Shown here: positions 22,214 to 31,352 of the stretch, in pieces
Layout: each line of letters begins with the position of its first letter
Numbering within the stretch: position 1 is the stretch's first letter
Assembly (NCBI GenBank): GCA_963715865.1
Contig: OY970280.1
Coordinates: 2,112,001-2,176,000, forward strand
Source of the DNA: Candidatus Bathyarchaeota archaeon
Lineage (GTDB): Archaea > Thermoproteota > Bathyarchaeia > Bathyarchaeales > Bathycorpusculaceae
Direction: 5' to 3'
DNA length: 64,000 bases
Position numbers and translations under genes: made by a program
Notes under the pieces: generated by a model
Databases searched by the model: none
What the model saw: only the letters and a program-made list of their open reading frames with translations
What the model was told of the DNA's origin: nothing

Positions 22214-22801
22214 ATGTTTAAGCTCATAACACTACAGGATACTATCCGCATTCCGCCCGAAACCTTCGGCAACCCTTTGGAAAAAGTGGGCCGTGAACAG
22301 GTTAAACAGAAGTATGAAGGAATCGTAGATGAGGAATTAGGGTACGTAATTGCAGTTACAAGTATAGAGGTAAGCCCTATTGGCAAAATAATTCCAGGCG
22401 ACGGAGCAACCTACCATAAAGTATCGTTCTCACTGTTAACGTTCTACCCGATAATTCAGGAAGTTGTGGAGGGAGATGTGGTTGAAATCGCAGATTTCGG
22501 CGCGTTCGTACGCATCGGACCAGTTGACGCGCTACTTCATGTTTCACAACTTATGGATGACTACATCTCTTATGATGAAAAGCAAGGAGTGTTGCTTGGA
22601 AAAGAAACTAAAAGAAAACTAACAGCAGGCGACCAAGTGCGCGTTAGAATAACCGCGGTTTCGCTTGGCAGAGCTGGAAGTTCAGGAAAAATCGGCGTCA
22701 CCGCAAGACAACCATCCTTAGGTAAACTTGAATGGTTAAAGATGGAGACACCTGAGGCGTCTCAGAAGAAACCAGCTGAAGGTAAAGAAAAAGAAGAATA
22801 A
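22214..22801 (+). CDS. rpo7: RNA polymerase subunit Rpo7 (E')
   Basis: IRIPP, GDGATY, S1 domain FGAFVRIGPVDALLHVSQ. Confidence 0.96.
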   Translation: MFKLITLQDTIRIPPETFGNPLEKVGREQVKQKYEGIVDEELGYVIAVTSIEVSPIGKIIPGDGATYHKVSFSLLTFYPIIQEVVEGDVVEIADFGAFVRIGPVDALLHVSQLMDDYISYDEKQGVLLGKETKRKLTAGDQVRVRITAVSLGRAGSSGKIGVTARQPSLGKLEWLKMETPEASQKKPAEGKEKEE

Positions 22802-22818
22802 ATCAGGAGTGGATTTGA

Positions 22819-23004
22819 ATGAATGAGAAAGCATGTACAAACTGTCATTTTATAACTAAAGAAAACGTATGCCCCAAATGTAAATCGACAAGTTTTAGCG
22901 AAGACTACAGCGGCTTAGTGGTTATGTTTGACCCGGAAAACTCCGCTATCGCAAAAGCTATGAACATAAAAGAAAAAGGCAAATACGCTCTAAAAGTGCG
23001 GTAA
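22819..23004 (+). CDS. spt4: Transcription elongation factor Spt4 (RpoE'')
   Basis: KACTNC...CPKC, GKYALKVR. Confidence 0.95.
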   Translation: MNEKACTNCHFITKENVCPKCKSTSFSEDYSGLVVMFDPENSAIAKAMNIKEKGKYALKVR

Positions 23005-23071
23005 TCCGTAAAGAGATAGCGCGGTAACTTCATAACATACCAAGTCTTTCTATTCGGTAAGGTTTGAGACA

Positions 23072-23620
23072 ATGACTGTAGCTTACAGTGTTACACCGGA
23101 GCTACGCACGAAATTCAAGGAACCATTTGGCACCCTAATTCAAGGCTCATTCGACGAAACAATGAGTAAAATGAAAGAACTAATTGAGAAGGAAAAGCCG
23201 CCAAAGGTAATTTCAGTCGGAGATGTCGTCTCACGCAACTTACATGAACATAATATTCACCCTCAACTTACCATAATCGATAATAAATTTCTCAGAAAAC
23301 AAACCATGCCCGAAAAAGCTTCAGTAGAAAAAACGGTTCACGTGAATAATCCCAAAGGAACAATAACACATGAAGCAATCTTAGCAATCAATGAAGCCTT
23401 AGAAAAAAACGAGCACACGCACATTGTCGTTGATGGCGAGGAAGATTTACTTACACTCATAGCCGTTTTAAACGCTCCAGAAAACGCTGTTGTTGTTTAT
23501 GGGCAACCGTATTCGGGCATTGTTGTCGTTAAGGTTACGTCGGAAAAAAAAGCTGAGGCTCGGCAATTCCTAAAAGCTATGAAACCCTTCGAAAAGCTAA
23601 ATAAGAAGAAAACTGTATGA
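23072..23620 (+). CDS. GTP-dependent dephospho-CoA kinase (DUF359)
   Basis: SVGDVVS, NPKGTIT, VDGEEDLLTL, VYGQP. Confidence 0.92.
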   Translation: MTVAYSVTPELRTKFKEPFGTLIQGSFDETMSKMKELIEKEKPPKVISVGDVVSRNLHEHNIHPQLTIIDNKFLRKQTMPEKASVEKTVHVNNPKGTITHEAILAINEALEKNEHTHIVVDGEEDLLTLIAVLNAPENAVVVYGQPYSGIVVVKVTSEKKAEARQFLKAMKPFEKLNKKKTV

Positions 23621-23643
23621 ACTTACGCCTTAAGTGAATATTA

Positions 23644-23955
23644 ATGCAAGTCAAAATAGATTCAACCAAGGATAACCCGCTTCTGAAACGAAAAGAAGTA
23701 GGCTTCACTATTATTCAAGGTCCAAAAGAGAAAACTCCCCAGAGGCTAGAAGTAAAGAAAGCTATAGCCATTGAAATGAAAATTGGTGATGAGGTAGTTT
23801 TCGTTAAGAGAATGCATACTAAAACGGGAACGAACATTACGCAGGGAGTTGCTAATGTGTACCAGACTGTTGAGCAAGCTAAACTAGTTGAACCTGAATA
23901 TATCAGGAAACGTAACAGTCCACCTGAAAAGCCCAAAGAAGAGGCGACGGCATAA
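23644..23955 (+). CDS. rps24e: 30S ribosomal protein S24e
   Basis: NPLLKRKE, TP-x-R, ANVY motif and synteny. Confidence 0.92.
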   Translation: MQVKIDSTKDNPLLKRKEVGFTIIQGPKEKTPQRLEVKKAIAIEMKIGDEVVFVKRMHTKTGTNITQGVANVYQTVEQAKLVEPEYIRKRNSPPEKPKEEATA

Positions 23956-24251
23956 TGTCCAAGAAAGTAGCAAAGAAAGAAGACCCAGCAGCAGCACCAA
24001 AGAAGGAAGAGGCAAAACCAGCGGCAGCGGCGGAAGCAGCGCCAGCGGCGAAACCTCAGAAAGCTGAGAAAAAAAGGGAAAAGAAACACCGAGAGGAAAA
24101 AGGAGTTCACGCAATGTACAAAATAGAAGGAAACAAAGTCGCTAGGGCACGCCCAACCTGCGAGCGATGTGGACCTGGATACTTTATGGCAGACCACAAT
24201 GACAGGTACACTTGCGGGCACTGCGGTTTTACAAGGTATAAGCAGAAATAA
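23955..24251 (+). CDS. rps27ae: 30S ribosomal protein S27ae (eS31) with Ala/Lys/Glu-rich N-terminal extension
   Basis: CERCGPGYFMADH...RYTCGHCGFT. Confidence 0.93.
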   Translation: MSKKVAKKEDPAAAPKKEEAKPAAAAEAAPAAKPQKAEKKREKKHREEKGVHAMYKIEGNKVARARPTCERCGPGYFMADHNDRYTCGHCGFTRYKQK

Positions 24252-24296
24252 ACAGTTTTAAATTCTCCTAGCACGATTAGGTTCTGATGACCCGTA

Positions 24297-24725
24297 ATGC
24301 TTAGAGTAAACGTGGTAATAACCAGCATTTCTGCTGAACGCTTTTGGGATATAAGGAAACCAATCCCGCCCATTCAGATAAATACCAATATCAACGTTGT
24401 CGGTATGGAAAAGAAGCAGGATGAATCTTTGGAAGTACCATTTGTTTTATCAATTGCCTATAATCCATCCATCGCTCAGATGAGTCTAAAAGGAAATGCT
24501 TACGTCACAGGCGAGAAAACTGAAGTTGACAAAGTTCTCAAAGAGTATGATCAAAAGAAGCCTCCAGCACCAATAATAATTCAATCGATTTCCAATGTTG
24601 TCTTCATTGAATCAGTGCTTATATCTAGAACATTGAACATTCCGCCGCCAATTCCGCTGCCGCAGATTCCTGAAGCTGGAAAACCGCCGAGCTCTAAACC
24701 TGAAGGAAGAGACTACAGCGCTTAA
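24297..24725 (+). CDS. Conserved archaeal hypothetical protein, possibly SecB-like fold
   Basis: Four beta-strand-like segments then a helix and NIPPPIPLP tail. Confidence 0.7.
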   Translation: MLRVNVVITSISAERFWDIRKPIPPIQINTNINVVGMEKKQDESLEVPFVLSIAYNPSIAQMSLKGNAYVTGEKTEVDKVLKEYDQKKPPAPIIIQSISNVVFIESVLISRTLNIPPPIPLPQIPEAGKPPSSKPEGRDYSA

Positions 24726-24782
24726 CTGCCAATGTTCTTCAGAGGAACCCTTTAAATTTCCAAGCTACGGCATCAGCAATTT

Positions 24783-24977
24783 TTAGTTCAATTGGAAACT
24801 GAGAATGTGCACAGTAAAACCTTCTTCCTGCAGTGAAGCAGCTAAATACAAAAGGGAAAGTGGAACCTGTGGGTCAGGCGCTTTAAGTTTTCCTGGAAAA
24901 ACAAGCAAAACATCTCTTCGATTATCGCCGAAATATACGTTGCAAAAATGTGATAAACATGTCTGGGGATTAATCAA
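24783..24977 (-). pseudogene. N-terminal remnant of a B12-binding radical SAM protein
   Basis: DVLLVFP...PLSLLYLAASLQEEGFTVHIL matches the start of cobalamin-binding domains of class B radical SAM proteins; stops after about 45 aa. Confidence 0.6.
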
Positions 24978-25178
24978 TCCTAAAAAGCCTCGCTAGTAAA
25001 CCATTCAGAATTGCCCTTTTAATCCTTCCTAATTTTTTTTAAAAAAAATGAAGTGCTACGTTTAGACCTATGGTCTGTTAGAACACTGTTTTGAGTAAGG
25101 AGTCTAGTAAATCCGGCAAAAGAGATTTTTGTATACGAAAGCATCAACGAAACAAAGTAAAAGTTGGAAAAAACGGGT

Positions 25179-25583
25179 TTATTTTAGCGGTACATACATT
25201 GAAGAGCGTGATGCACCGATACCTGGTGTTCCATGCCTAACAGGCTTGTTTGTTATCGCGAATTCGCCAAGGTAATGCCCAATCATTTCAGGTTTAATGT
25301 CGACTTTAACGAATTCTTTGCCGTTGTGCACACTGATTTTTGAGCCAACCATTTCTGGCAGAATAATGAGGTCGCGCACGTGAGTTTTAAGGTTGACTTC
25401 TTTGCCTTGTTTTTGAGCTTCTTTAGCTTCTCGCAACTTCTCCAGCAAAATGCGTTGTTCAGGAGTTAAACCTCTCTGCAAGCTTCTTCTTTGACGCGAA
25501 GGAAGCAAATTAATGAATTCATCCATAGACATGCCTATCAAACTATTCAAGCTGTGTCCACGGTAACTAAATTCTTTCGGCAT
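25179..25583 (-). CDS. rps19p: 30S ribosomal protein S19 (uS19)
   Basis: [31 protein letters not shown]. Confidence 0.97.
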   Translation of the reverse strand: MPKEFSYRGHSLNSLIGMSMDEFINLLPSRQRRSLQRGLTPEQRILLEKLREAKEAQKQGKEVNLKTHVRDLIILPEMVGSKISVHNGKEFVKVDIKPEMIGHYLGEFAITNKPVRHGTPGIGASRSSMYVPLK

Positions 25584-25637
25584 TTTTTATCTTCACCTTA
25601 AACTCATTCTTAAACGCTATAAACCTTCTGCCAATTC

Positions 25638-26378
25638 TTAACGGATTGCGCGCTTCTTTTTCTGTCCTGGACCTCTTGCAGCGATTAATCCAACTTTTTG
25701 TCCTGGTGGTGCGCCGTGAGACGTTGTTGTACATCTGCGAGCGCTTCGTTTACTGCTACCGTATGGGTGGCAAGCGGGAACCATTTTTCGTCCGCTAGTT
25801 CTTGGATACTTGTGACCTTTAGCTTTCATCCAATGGAATTTCGCGCCTGCCTTCAGGAAAGGCTTCTCGATTCTTCCAGAGGCAGAAACGACACCTATAG
25901 TTGTCAAGCAGTAATCATTAACGTATCTTGTTCGCCCTGAAGGCAACCGTATCATTGTGCCTTGTGGAGTGTGACCGACAACAGTTGCGTAAGCACCTGA
26001 AGATTTCGCCATTTTGCCACCATCGCCTGGACGAAGTTCAAGGTCACAAACTATAGTTCCTTCAGGCACTTTTCCCAAAGGAAGAATGTTGCCTATTTCA
26101 GCTGTTGCTTTTCCACCGAAGCAAATTTGCTGTCCAGTGAATATACCTTCAGGAGTAACAGTGTAGCATGATAAACCATTTTCAAATTTCACTAAAGCTA
26201 ATGGTGCACCACGTCCTGGATCATGAACAAGGGAGTCTACAACACCGCTAATCGAAGCCTCAAAAGCTTCTTTAGGCGCTACTGCAGGATACTTCGCAGG
26301 AGCAACTCTCTTGTGCGTTGAAGCCCGCCAGTTTTGGCCACCGCGACCACGTCTTTGAACACGAATTCGTTTTCCCAT
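25638..26378 (-). CDS. rpl2p: 50S ribosomal protein L2 (uL2)
   Basis: MGKRIRVQRRG, HDPGRGAPL, RPGDGGK, GQKVGLIAAR. Confidence 0.97.
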   Translation of the reverse strand: MGKRIRVQRRGRGGQNWRASTHKRVAPAKYPAVAPKEAFEASISGVVDSLVHDPGRGAPLALVKFENGLSCYTVTPEGIFTGQQICFGGKATAEIGNILPLGKVPEGTIVCDLELRPGDGGKMAKSSGAYATVVGHTPQGTMIRLPSGRTRYVNDYCLTTIGVVSASGRIEKPFLKAGAKFHWMKAKGHKYPRTSGRKMVPACHPYGSSKRSARRCTTTSHGAPPGQKVGLIAARGPGQKKKRAIR

Positions 26379-26398
26379 AAGTCATGCCTTCAAATAAT

Positions 26399-26659
26399 TT
26401 ATAATATTCCAAGTTTAATAGCAACATCTGAAGCCTTGAATTCAGGAGTAAGTTTTACAAAGGCTTTTTTTACGCCTTGAGGAGTGATAAGCAAATTTAC
26501 TTTGCTTACTTTAACTTCGTAAAGTTGCTCAACAGCGCGTTTCACGTCGCTTTTGTCAGCTTTCAAGTTAACTATGAATATAAGCTTGTTATCTCGTTCA
26601 ACCATTAAACTTGCTGATTCCGTCATTAACGGGTGAGATATAACTTCGTTGACGTCCAT
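26399..26659 (-). CDS. rpl23: 50S ribosomal protein L23 (uL23)
   Basis: NKLIFIV, KKAFVKL, A-x-KLGI. Confidence 0.96.
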   Translation of the reverse strand: MDVNEVISHPLMTESASLMVERDNKLIFIVNLKADKSDVKRAVEQLYEVKVSKVNLLITPQGVKKAFVKLTPEFKASDVAIKLGIL

Positions 26660-27453
26660 TATGCACTTTCTCCTTCACCGTAGAGTTTATCCAATCTTTC
26701 AATTGCGCCATTTGTCCACAACGTTAATCGTCCCGGATGAGTCCCTGGCGCCAACATTTCAGTATTAAGGTTAGCTACAGTAGTAACTTCAACGCCTGGA
26801 ACGTTACTTGCAGCGTTCGCTAAGCCTTTATTCTCAACCATCACAATAAGTGGTCCAACGGCTTGCTTCATTTTTCTGCCTCTGTGCTTGCCTTTGCCTG
26901 CGCGGATTTTTCGGCTGTCTCGCACTCGAGTAATGTCTTGTATGACGCCTAATTTTGTGAGGGCTTCCTCGACTTCTTTAGCCTTCGTTAAACCTTCGAT
27001 GGCATTGTCAACTATCAAGGGTATCTGAAGAGCATTGTCAATCCTGTGACCGCGTGAAGCTACCGTGTCTTTTTGTGCGGTGGCTGCAATCGCTGAAAAT
27101 AATGCTAATTTAGCCTCTTTCTTTGGGATGCTTTTTAGGATTTTCTTTTCGGCTCTTGGCGGATGAGGTTGCCTTCCTTTAACTGTGCTTGGGGCAAAAG
27201 CTGCTCTTCCTCCGCCGCCTTTAAGGCGGGGAACTCTTGAAATTCCGCCGCCTGTTCCGCGCGATTCTGCAGTGGTTCTTTTTCCAGCCATGGGGTCTCT
27301 GCCTTGAGGCTGCAGTCTGCTGGATTGTATGGCTAGTACTGCACGTTTTATCACGTCTGGTCTAAGCGGTGTTGAAAAAACGTTTGGAAGTGTTATTTTT
27401 CCTGTTGATTTGCCTTGAATGTCAAAGATTTTTGCGGTTTTCTGTTTTGCCAT
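26659..27453 (-). CDS. rpl4p: 50S ribosomal protein L4 (uL4)
   Basis: RPDVIKRA, AESRGTG, IRAGKGK, LAPGTHPGRLT. Confidence 0.97.
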   Translation of the reverse strand: MAKQKTAKIFDIQGKSTGKITLPNVFSTPLRPDVIKRAVLAIQSSRLQPQGRDPMAGKRTTAESRGTGGGISRVPRLKGGGGRAAFAPSTVKGRQPHPPRAEKKILKSIPKKEAKLALFSAIAATAQKDTVASRGHRIDNALQIPLIVDNAIEGLTKAKEVEEALTKLGVIQDITRVRDSRKIRAGKGKHRGRKMKQAVGPLIVMVENKGLANAASNVPGVEVTTVANLNTEMLAPGTHPGRLTLWTNGAIERLDKLYGEGESA

Positions 27454-27465
27454 GATTTTTCAACC

Positions 27466-28479
27466 TTATTTTCCTTGAGGAGATTCCAGCGATATATATG
27501 TGACTTGTGGTGGAGCTTCAGGTATTTCTCTTGGTGGGCGAGCAGGAACACGCAGGCGTATTTGGCGTTTTTCTGTTCCTGGAACACTTCCTTCAATTAA
27601 GATGTATGGTCCTTTAACTTCGCCATAGCGGATGTAACCGCCTTTAACAGTTACTTCTTTGCCGTCTTTGCCGATTTTTAATATGCGCTTGTTATATTCT
27701 ATGCGTTGGTGGTAACCCATTTGTCCTGCTCGTGGTACCGAGTACGTGACATGGTGAGGGTTCCATGGACCTAAAGTGGCGACGCCACGTTTTGTTTTTC
27801 GGCCTTTATGCTGAAGTATGGCTACTCCCCAACGTTTAACTGGACCTTGGAAGCCTTTGCCAGTGGTGATTCCAGCAATATCTGCGTATTGTCCATCTTT
27901 GAATACTTCTTCTGGTGTTACTGTGTTTCCTAAAAGTTGTTTGGCGTATTCTAGTTGTTGCGGGATTGTTCCTCCGCCAATTTGGATTTCTGAAATTTCA
28001 GGTTTCTTTTTGGAGAGGCTGGTTTGTGTGGGTTGAGTAGCTGTTACAACGCGGATTGTGACGGTTTGGTCGAGGTTTTGCTGGACTTTCTCGAGCATTG
28101 CTTCTGTGTTAAAGTTTTCTGGAAGAACCAGTGCACGGTCTAGGATTGCTGGTGGATCTTTCATCCAGACTTCTGTTATGTTTTGGAGCCCGTATGGTGT
28201 TTTCATGTAAGTTCTAAAGCCACATACAAGTATAGGTGGCGTTTCTAGAATGGTTGCTGCTCGCATGACTTCTTTTCCAAAGTGAGGAGAACGTTTACGA
28301 TCTTCAATGGCAAAGACATAAGTCATGCCTGCTTTATAGGCTGAAAAACCCAAAAGCCTAGGAGAATCAGACTTTATCACTGGCCAGTAACGGATTCGCG
28401 CAACTGGTTTTTTAGCGCGTTTCATAGGTAAATAAGCAAGTGAACCATGTTTTGGAGCATGCTTTTTACGATGTCCCAT
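27466..28479 (-). CDS. rpl3p: 50S ribosomal protein L3 (uL3)
   Basis: APKHGSL, YKAGMT, TTGKGFQGPVKRWG, RAGQMGYHQR. Confidence 0.97.
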   Translation of the reverse strand: MGHRKKHAPKHGSLAYLPMKRAKKPVARIRYWPVIKSDSPRLLGFSAYKAGMTYVFAIEDRKRSPHFGKEVMRAATILETPPILVCGFRTYMKTPYGLQNITEVWMKDPPAILDRALVLPENFNTEAMLEKVQQNLDQTVTIRVVTATQPTQTSLSKKKPEISEIQIGGGTIPQQLEYAKQLLGNTVTPEEVFKDGQYADIAGITTGKGFQGPVKRWGVAILQHKGRKTKRGVATLGPWNPHHVTYSVPRAGQMGYHQRIEYNKRILKIGKDGKEVTVKGGYIRYGEVKGPYILIEGSVPGTEKRQIRLRVPARPPREIPEAPPQVTYISLESPQGK

Positions 28480-28633
28480 TGTACTTCCACTTCGCGCCTT
28501 TAGCAAATAGTAAATAAAGTTATAAACGTTACCATTAAAAATAAGAAACCAAGTTGCTTTCTAGTAATCATACAAAGTACAGTTCCTTATTTGGTATAAA
28601 ATATCTTTTTGGCTTGAACTTAACCTAGATTTT

Positions 28634-28993
28634 ATAGTCGCAACTAATCGCAGCGCAATAGTCGCAACTATTGAGCCTGTTTTGGAGATGATTTTTTGTT
28701 CAGACAATTGAGTTGTCAGAGTAGCCTGCTGTAGTATAGTGATAGTGAAGCCAAACGCTAAAGTGATGACTATTGAGCCTGCTTCGGCGCATTTATGATA
28801 AAGGCAGTTTTTCTTGGAGAGCGGTTGATGTTATAAGAATGCATGTCAAAGGCTAGGCGCGAATGTTCAAACATCCCGTAAAAGTTTTGTTCAAACAATC
28901 CAGCCCGCAAAGACTTGAGCCCGAAAAGACTAAAGTAGTATAGTCAAAGTCAAGCCCGATGGCAAAGTTATAACTATTAAGCCCTCTATAGAC
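28634..28993 (+). repeat. Degenerate same-frame ~54-bp repeats in the rpl3-tRNA-Ser intergenic region
   Basis: Gap-free alignable units at 28634, 28736 and 28940 sharing ATAGT...AAAGT..ACTATT(G/A)AGCC. Confidence 0.5.
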
Positions 28994-29114
28994 GCTTCGA
29001 GCTTTATGACGGTAGTATAATTCGCACTTTGCCCACATCAATAGTGCACACTAAGAGACAGCTTTCTCTCGGCTGGAAATGTTTTTAGACCACTGACGCA
29101 ATCGTTCTATTCAA

Positions 29115-29236
29115 GCCGGGGTGGCAGAGCGGTTAATGCGCCGGCCTCGAGATCTTAGAAAAGAGGGCTAAGCCAGAAGGCAAGTTAGCCGGTGGGCCTT
29201 GTGCTCGCAGGGGTTCGAGTCCCTTCCCCGGCGCCA
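29115..29236 (+). tRNA. tRNA-Ser(CGA) with 35-nt intron at 37/38 (29152-29186)
   Basis: GCCGGGG/CCCCGGC acceptor stem; anticodon loop CT-CGA-G|intron|A; long variable arm; GGTTCGAGTCC T arm; CCA encoded. Confidence 0.93.
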
Positions 29237-31184
29237 CTTCAATGTTAGCATGAATACTCGAATCGCGCGTTATTTGCTTTTTTTCTTTCATTTGTCTTTT
29301 TTTCTTGACGTAGACTACTGCTGCTGCAAAAGTTGCGACTAAGAGAATTAACAAGTAAACGTTTTGAGCTGACAATCCGCTGCCGCCAGTTGCTTTATTA
29401 TTGTTCTCGGGTGGTTGAGTGGTGTTATTTGGAGTTTGGACTTTCAAATCTTTGAAAATTACGGCGCTGTCTACGTTATTTGTTATTAACATTGTCATTT
29501 CATTGCTGTTCAGTGTATCGTATGGAGTTGCCATGCTTTCTATGAGAGTCCCATCTGAGTTGTATAAATTAGCGGTTATTCCGTTCTCTGATATGCTTGC
29601 TGTAACCTTATACCAAGTGTTTTCTGTTATGCTCTCAGTAGCGTTCATGAAAGCGGTGTTGCTTCCATTATCTTGTCTTATGGTAGACACGTCATCATCG
29701 TTTAGTCCTCTAACGTTTAAGCTGTAATTTCCGTTATTATTTTGAAGGATAAAGCAAAACTGATTGTTTATTGTTTGATTAAAATCGTCTGGCAATCTTA
29801 GAGGCGCCATATCTGTCGGCACATTTATTGGTACTGTTATTGTCTTCTCAGGTATCTCTATTGTTTTTGTTTGCCTGTTTCTTCCAGTGATTATTGTAAG
29901 TTCGCTTGCTGGTATTGTTACTGTCTTTGTTGGAACGTTCGATACTGTATGCCCTGCTTGTAATACAATGAAATCGTAGCTAAATGAAACATTTGCCCCC
30001 AAGGAGATACTGAGAAAATCGTTAACCCCCTGCATTGGGCGAGTTACATAAGCTGCAGCGCTTGCTTGCCCATATATGTAGTTATAGTCGTCAGTCTGAA
30101 ACTGAACAAATGATGCAGGCCCGACAAAAACTGTTAGTGTTTCGCTGTCGGCACCAGCATAATTTGAAGCACCGCTCCAGCTTGTTGTAATGTAGTATGT
30201 GCCTGCTGAGGTGAAGTTCCAAGTCATCATGTACCTGCCAAAATCATCTGTAACTGTTCTGAAGTAATCATAGGAAGATCCGGCACGACTACTACTAACG
30301 TATATAGAGACGTTTTCCCCTGAGTACGGTGGTGAAATTGAGCCTGAAATCGTAAGAGCCCGGGTATTTTCTTCAACGCTGGATGGTCCTTGGGACAGAT
30401 TTACGGTTATGGAAGAAGGGAGTAAAGAAGTGTCCAAACTTGATGAAACCTGTGCTGGTGATGATTTCTCAGTGTTCTCAAGGGAAATAATCACAGGTAT
30501 CGCGTTAGCAAGGAGTTCAGATTGGTCACCAACCTTCCAGTCCGCTTCAGGGGTGGCTTCAGCTGTCCAATAAGTTTTGTTGTTGTACTCGAAACTGGTG
30601 GGCGTCAACAACGAAGTGTGATAGATGGGCGTGTAGGGTAGGTAAACTCCAACATTCATGTGACCGGGGTTTATCCCTGTGTAGTGAATTAAAACAACAT
30701 CTAAGCCTCCTGCCTTCATGATGGAAGCCGCAAGTAGTGACAGCGCAACGCAATCTCCAGAATTGTCTACAAGGGTTTCAATAGGATATTTGGGGCTGCT
30801 AATATTATATGGGATTTGATGAACCAGCGTTAACACGGCATCAGCAAACTGTTCGTTGCTGTAGGGCAGATTGCGAGTAATTTTTTGAATGCTCTCCGCG
30901 ATGGGTTCGACAGCTTGAGGCGTTACAAATTTTGCGTAATCACTGTCGCAATTTACTGTATGGCTTATGTTACTATAATAGTCGTAGAGTGAAGGCGGTT
31001 CAGAAACATACAACTTTTGGTTGAGGAGCCCGTACTGAGCTTGAAAAATATAGGTTTTTTCGTAGGTGCCTGCTATAGAGGTAGGTGTTATGAAAACTAG
31101 TAACAAAATGCTAATGAGAAGGACGCTGGCTTTCAGGTACTTAAAACTCATACAAACCCAGCAAGTACTTTTTTTTACTATCAT
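29133..31184 (-). CDS. Secreted/membrane-anchored transglutaminase-like protein with Ig-like and beta-sandwich domains (3' end uncertain, overlaps the tRNA)
   Basis: N-terminal signal/TM; GDCVALS...GHMNVGV (Cys-His); Ser/Thr/Asn-rich beta domains (GTYYITTSWSG); C-terminal TM followed by KKKR. Confidence 0.75.
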   Translation of the reverse strand: MIVKKSTCWVCMSFKYLKASVLLISILLLVFITPTSIAGTYEKTYIFQAQYGLLNQKLYVSEPPSLYDYYSNISHTVNCDSDYAKFVTPQAVEPIAESIQKITRNLPYSNEQFADAVLTLVHQIPYNISSPKYPIETLVDNSGDCVALSLLAASIMKAGGLDVVLIHYTGINPGHMNVGVYLPYTPIYHTSLLTPTSFEYNNKTYWTAEATPEADWKVGDQSELLANAIPVIISLENTEKSSPAQVSSSLDTSLLPSSITVNLSQGPSSVEENTRALTISGSISPPYSGENVSIYVSSSRAGSSYDYFRTVTDDFGRYMMTWNFTSAGTYYITTSWSGASNYAGADSETLTVFVGPASFVQFQTDDYNYIYGQASAAAYVTRPMQGVNDFLSISLGANVSFSYDFIVLQAGHTVSNVPTKTVTIPASELTIITGRNRQTKTIEIPEKTITVPINVPTDMAPLRLPDDFNQTINNQFCFILQNNNGNYSLNVRGLNDDDVSTIRQDNGSNTAFMNATESITENTWYKVTASISENGITANLYNSDGTLIESMATPYDTLNSNEMTMLITNNVDSAVIFKDLKVQTPNNTTQPPENNNKATGGSGLSAQNVYLLILLVATFAAAVVYVKKKRQMKEKKQITRDSSIHANIEVAPGKGLEPLRAQGPPANLPSGLALFSKISRPAH

Positions 31185-31278
31185 CCGAGCTTTGAATAAA
31201 GCGCGTTATATATTTTTTGCGTTTCTGCCCCTTTTATTTATTTTTATGTTTCGGTCAACAGTCTCTGAATGGAATTAA

Positions 31279-31287
31279 TTTAATATA
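31279..31287 (+). promoter_or_regulatory. Putative TATA box of queT
   Basis: TTTAATATA about 25 nt upstream of the aptamer 5' end. Confidence 0.55.
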
Positions 31288-31309
31288 GTCGAGAAGGATA
31301 GTCCTCTGT

Positions 31310-31345
31310 GGTAGTTTCCGTATTTAACCTACCTTAAAAAACCGG
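31310..31345 (+). ncRNA. Candidate class I preQ1 (preQ0/preQ1) riboswitch aptamer
   Basis: GGTAG-TTTCCG-TATTTAAC-CTACC-TTAAAAAA-CCGG: 5-bp P1, U after P1, UAAC before the P1 3' strand, A-rich L3, P2 pairing that overlaps SD GGTGA; directly 5' of queT. Confidence 0.8.
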
Positions 31346-31352
31346 TGAGAAA

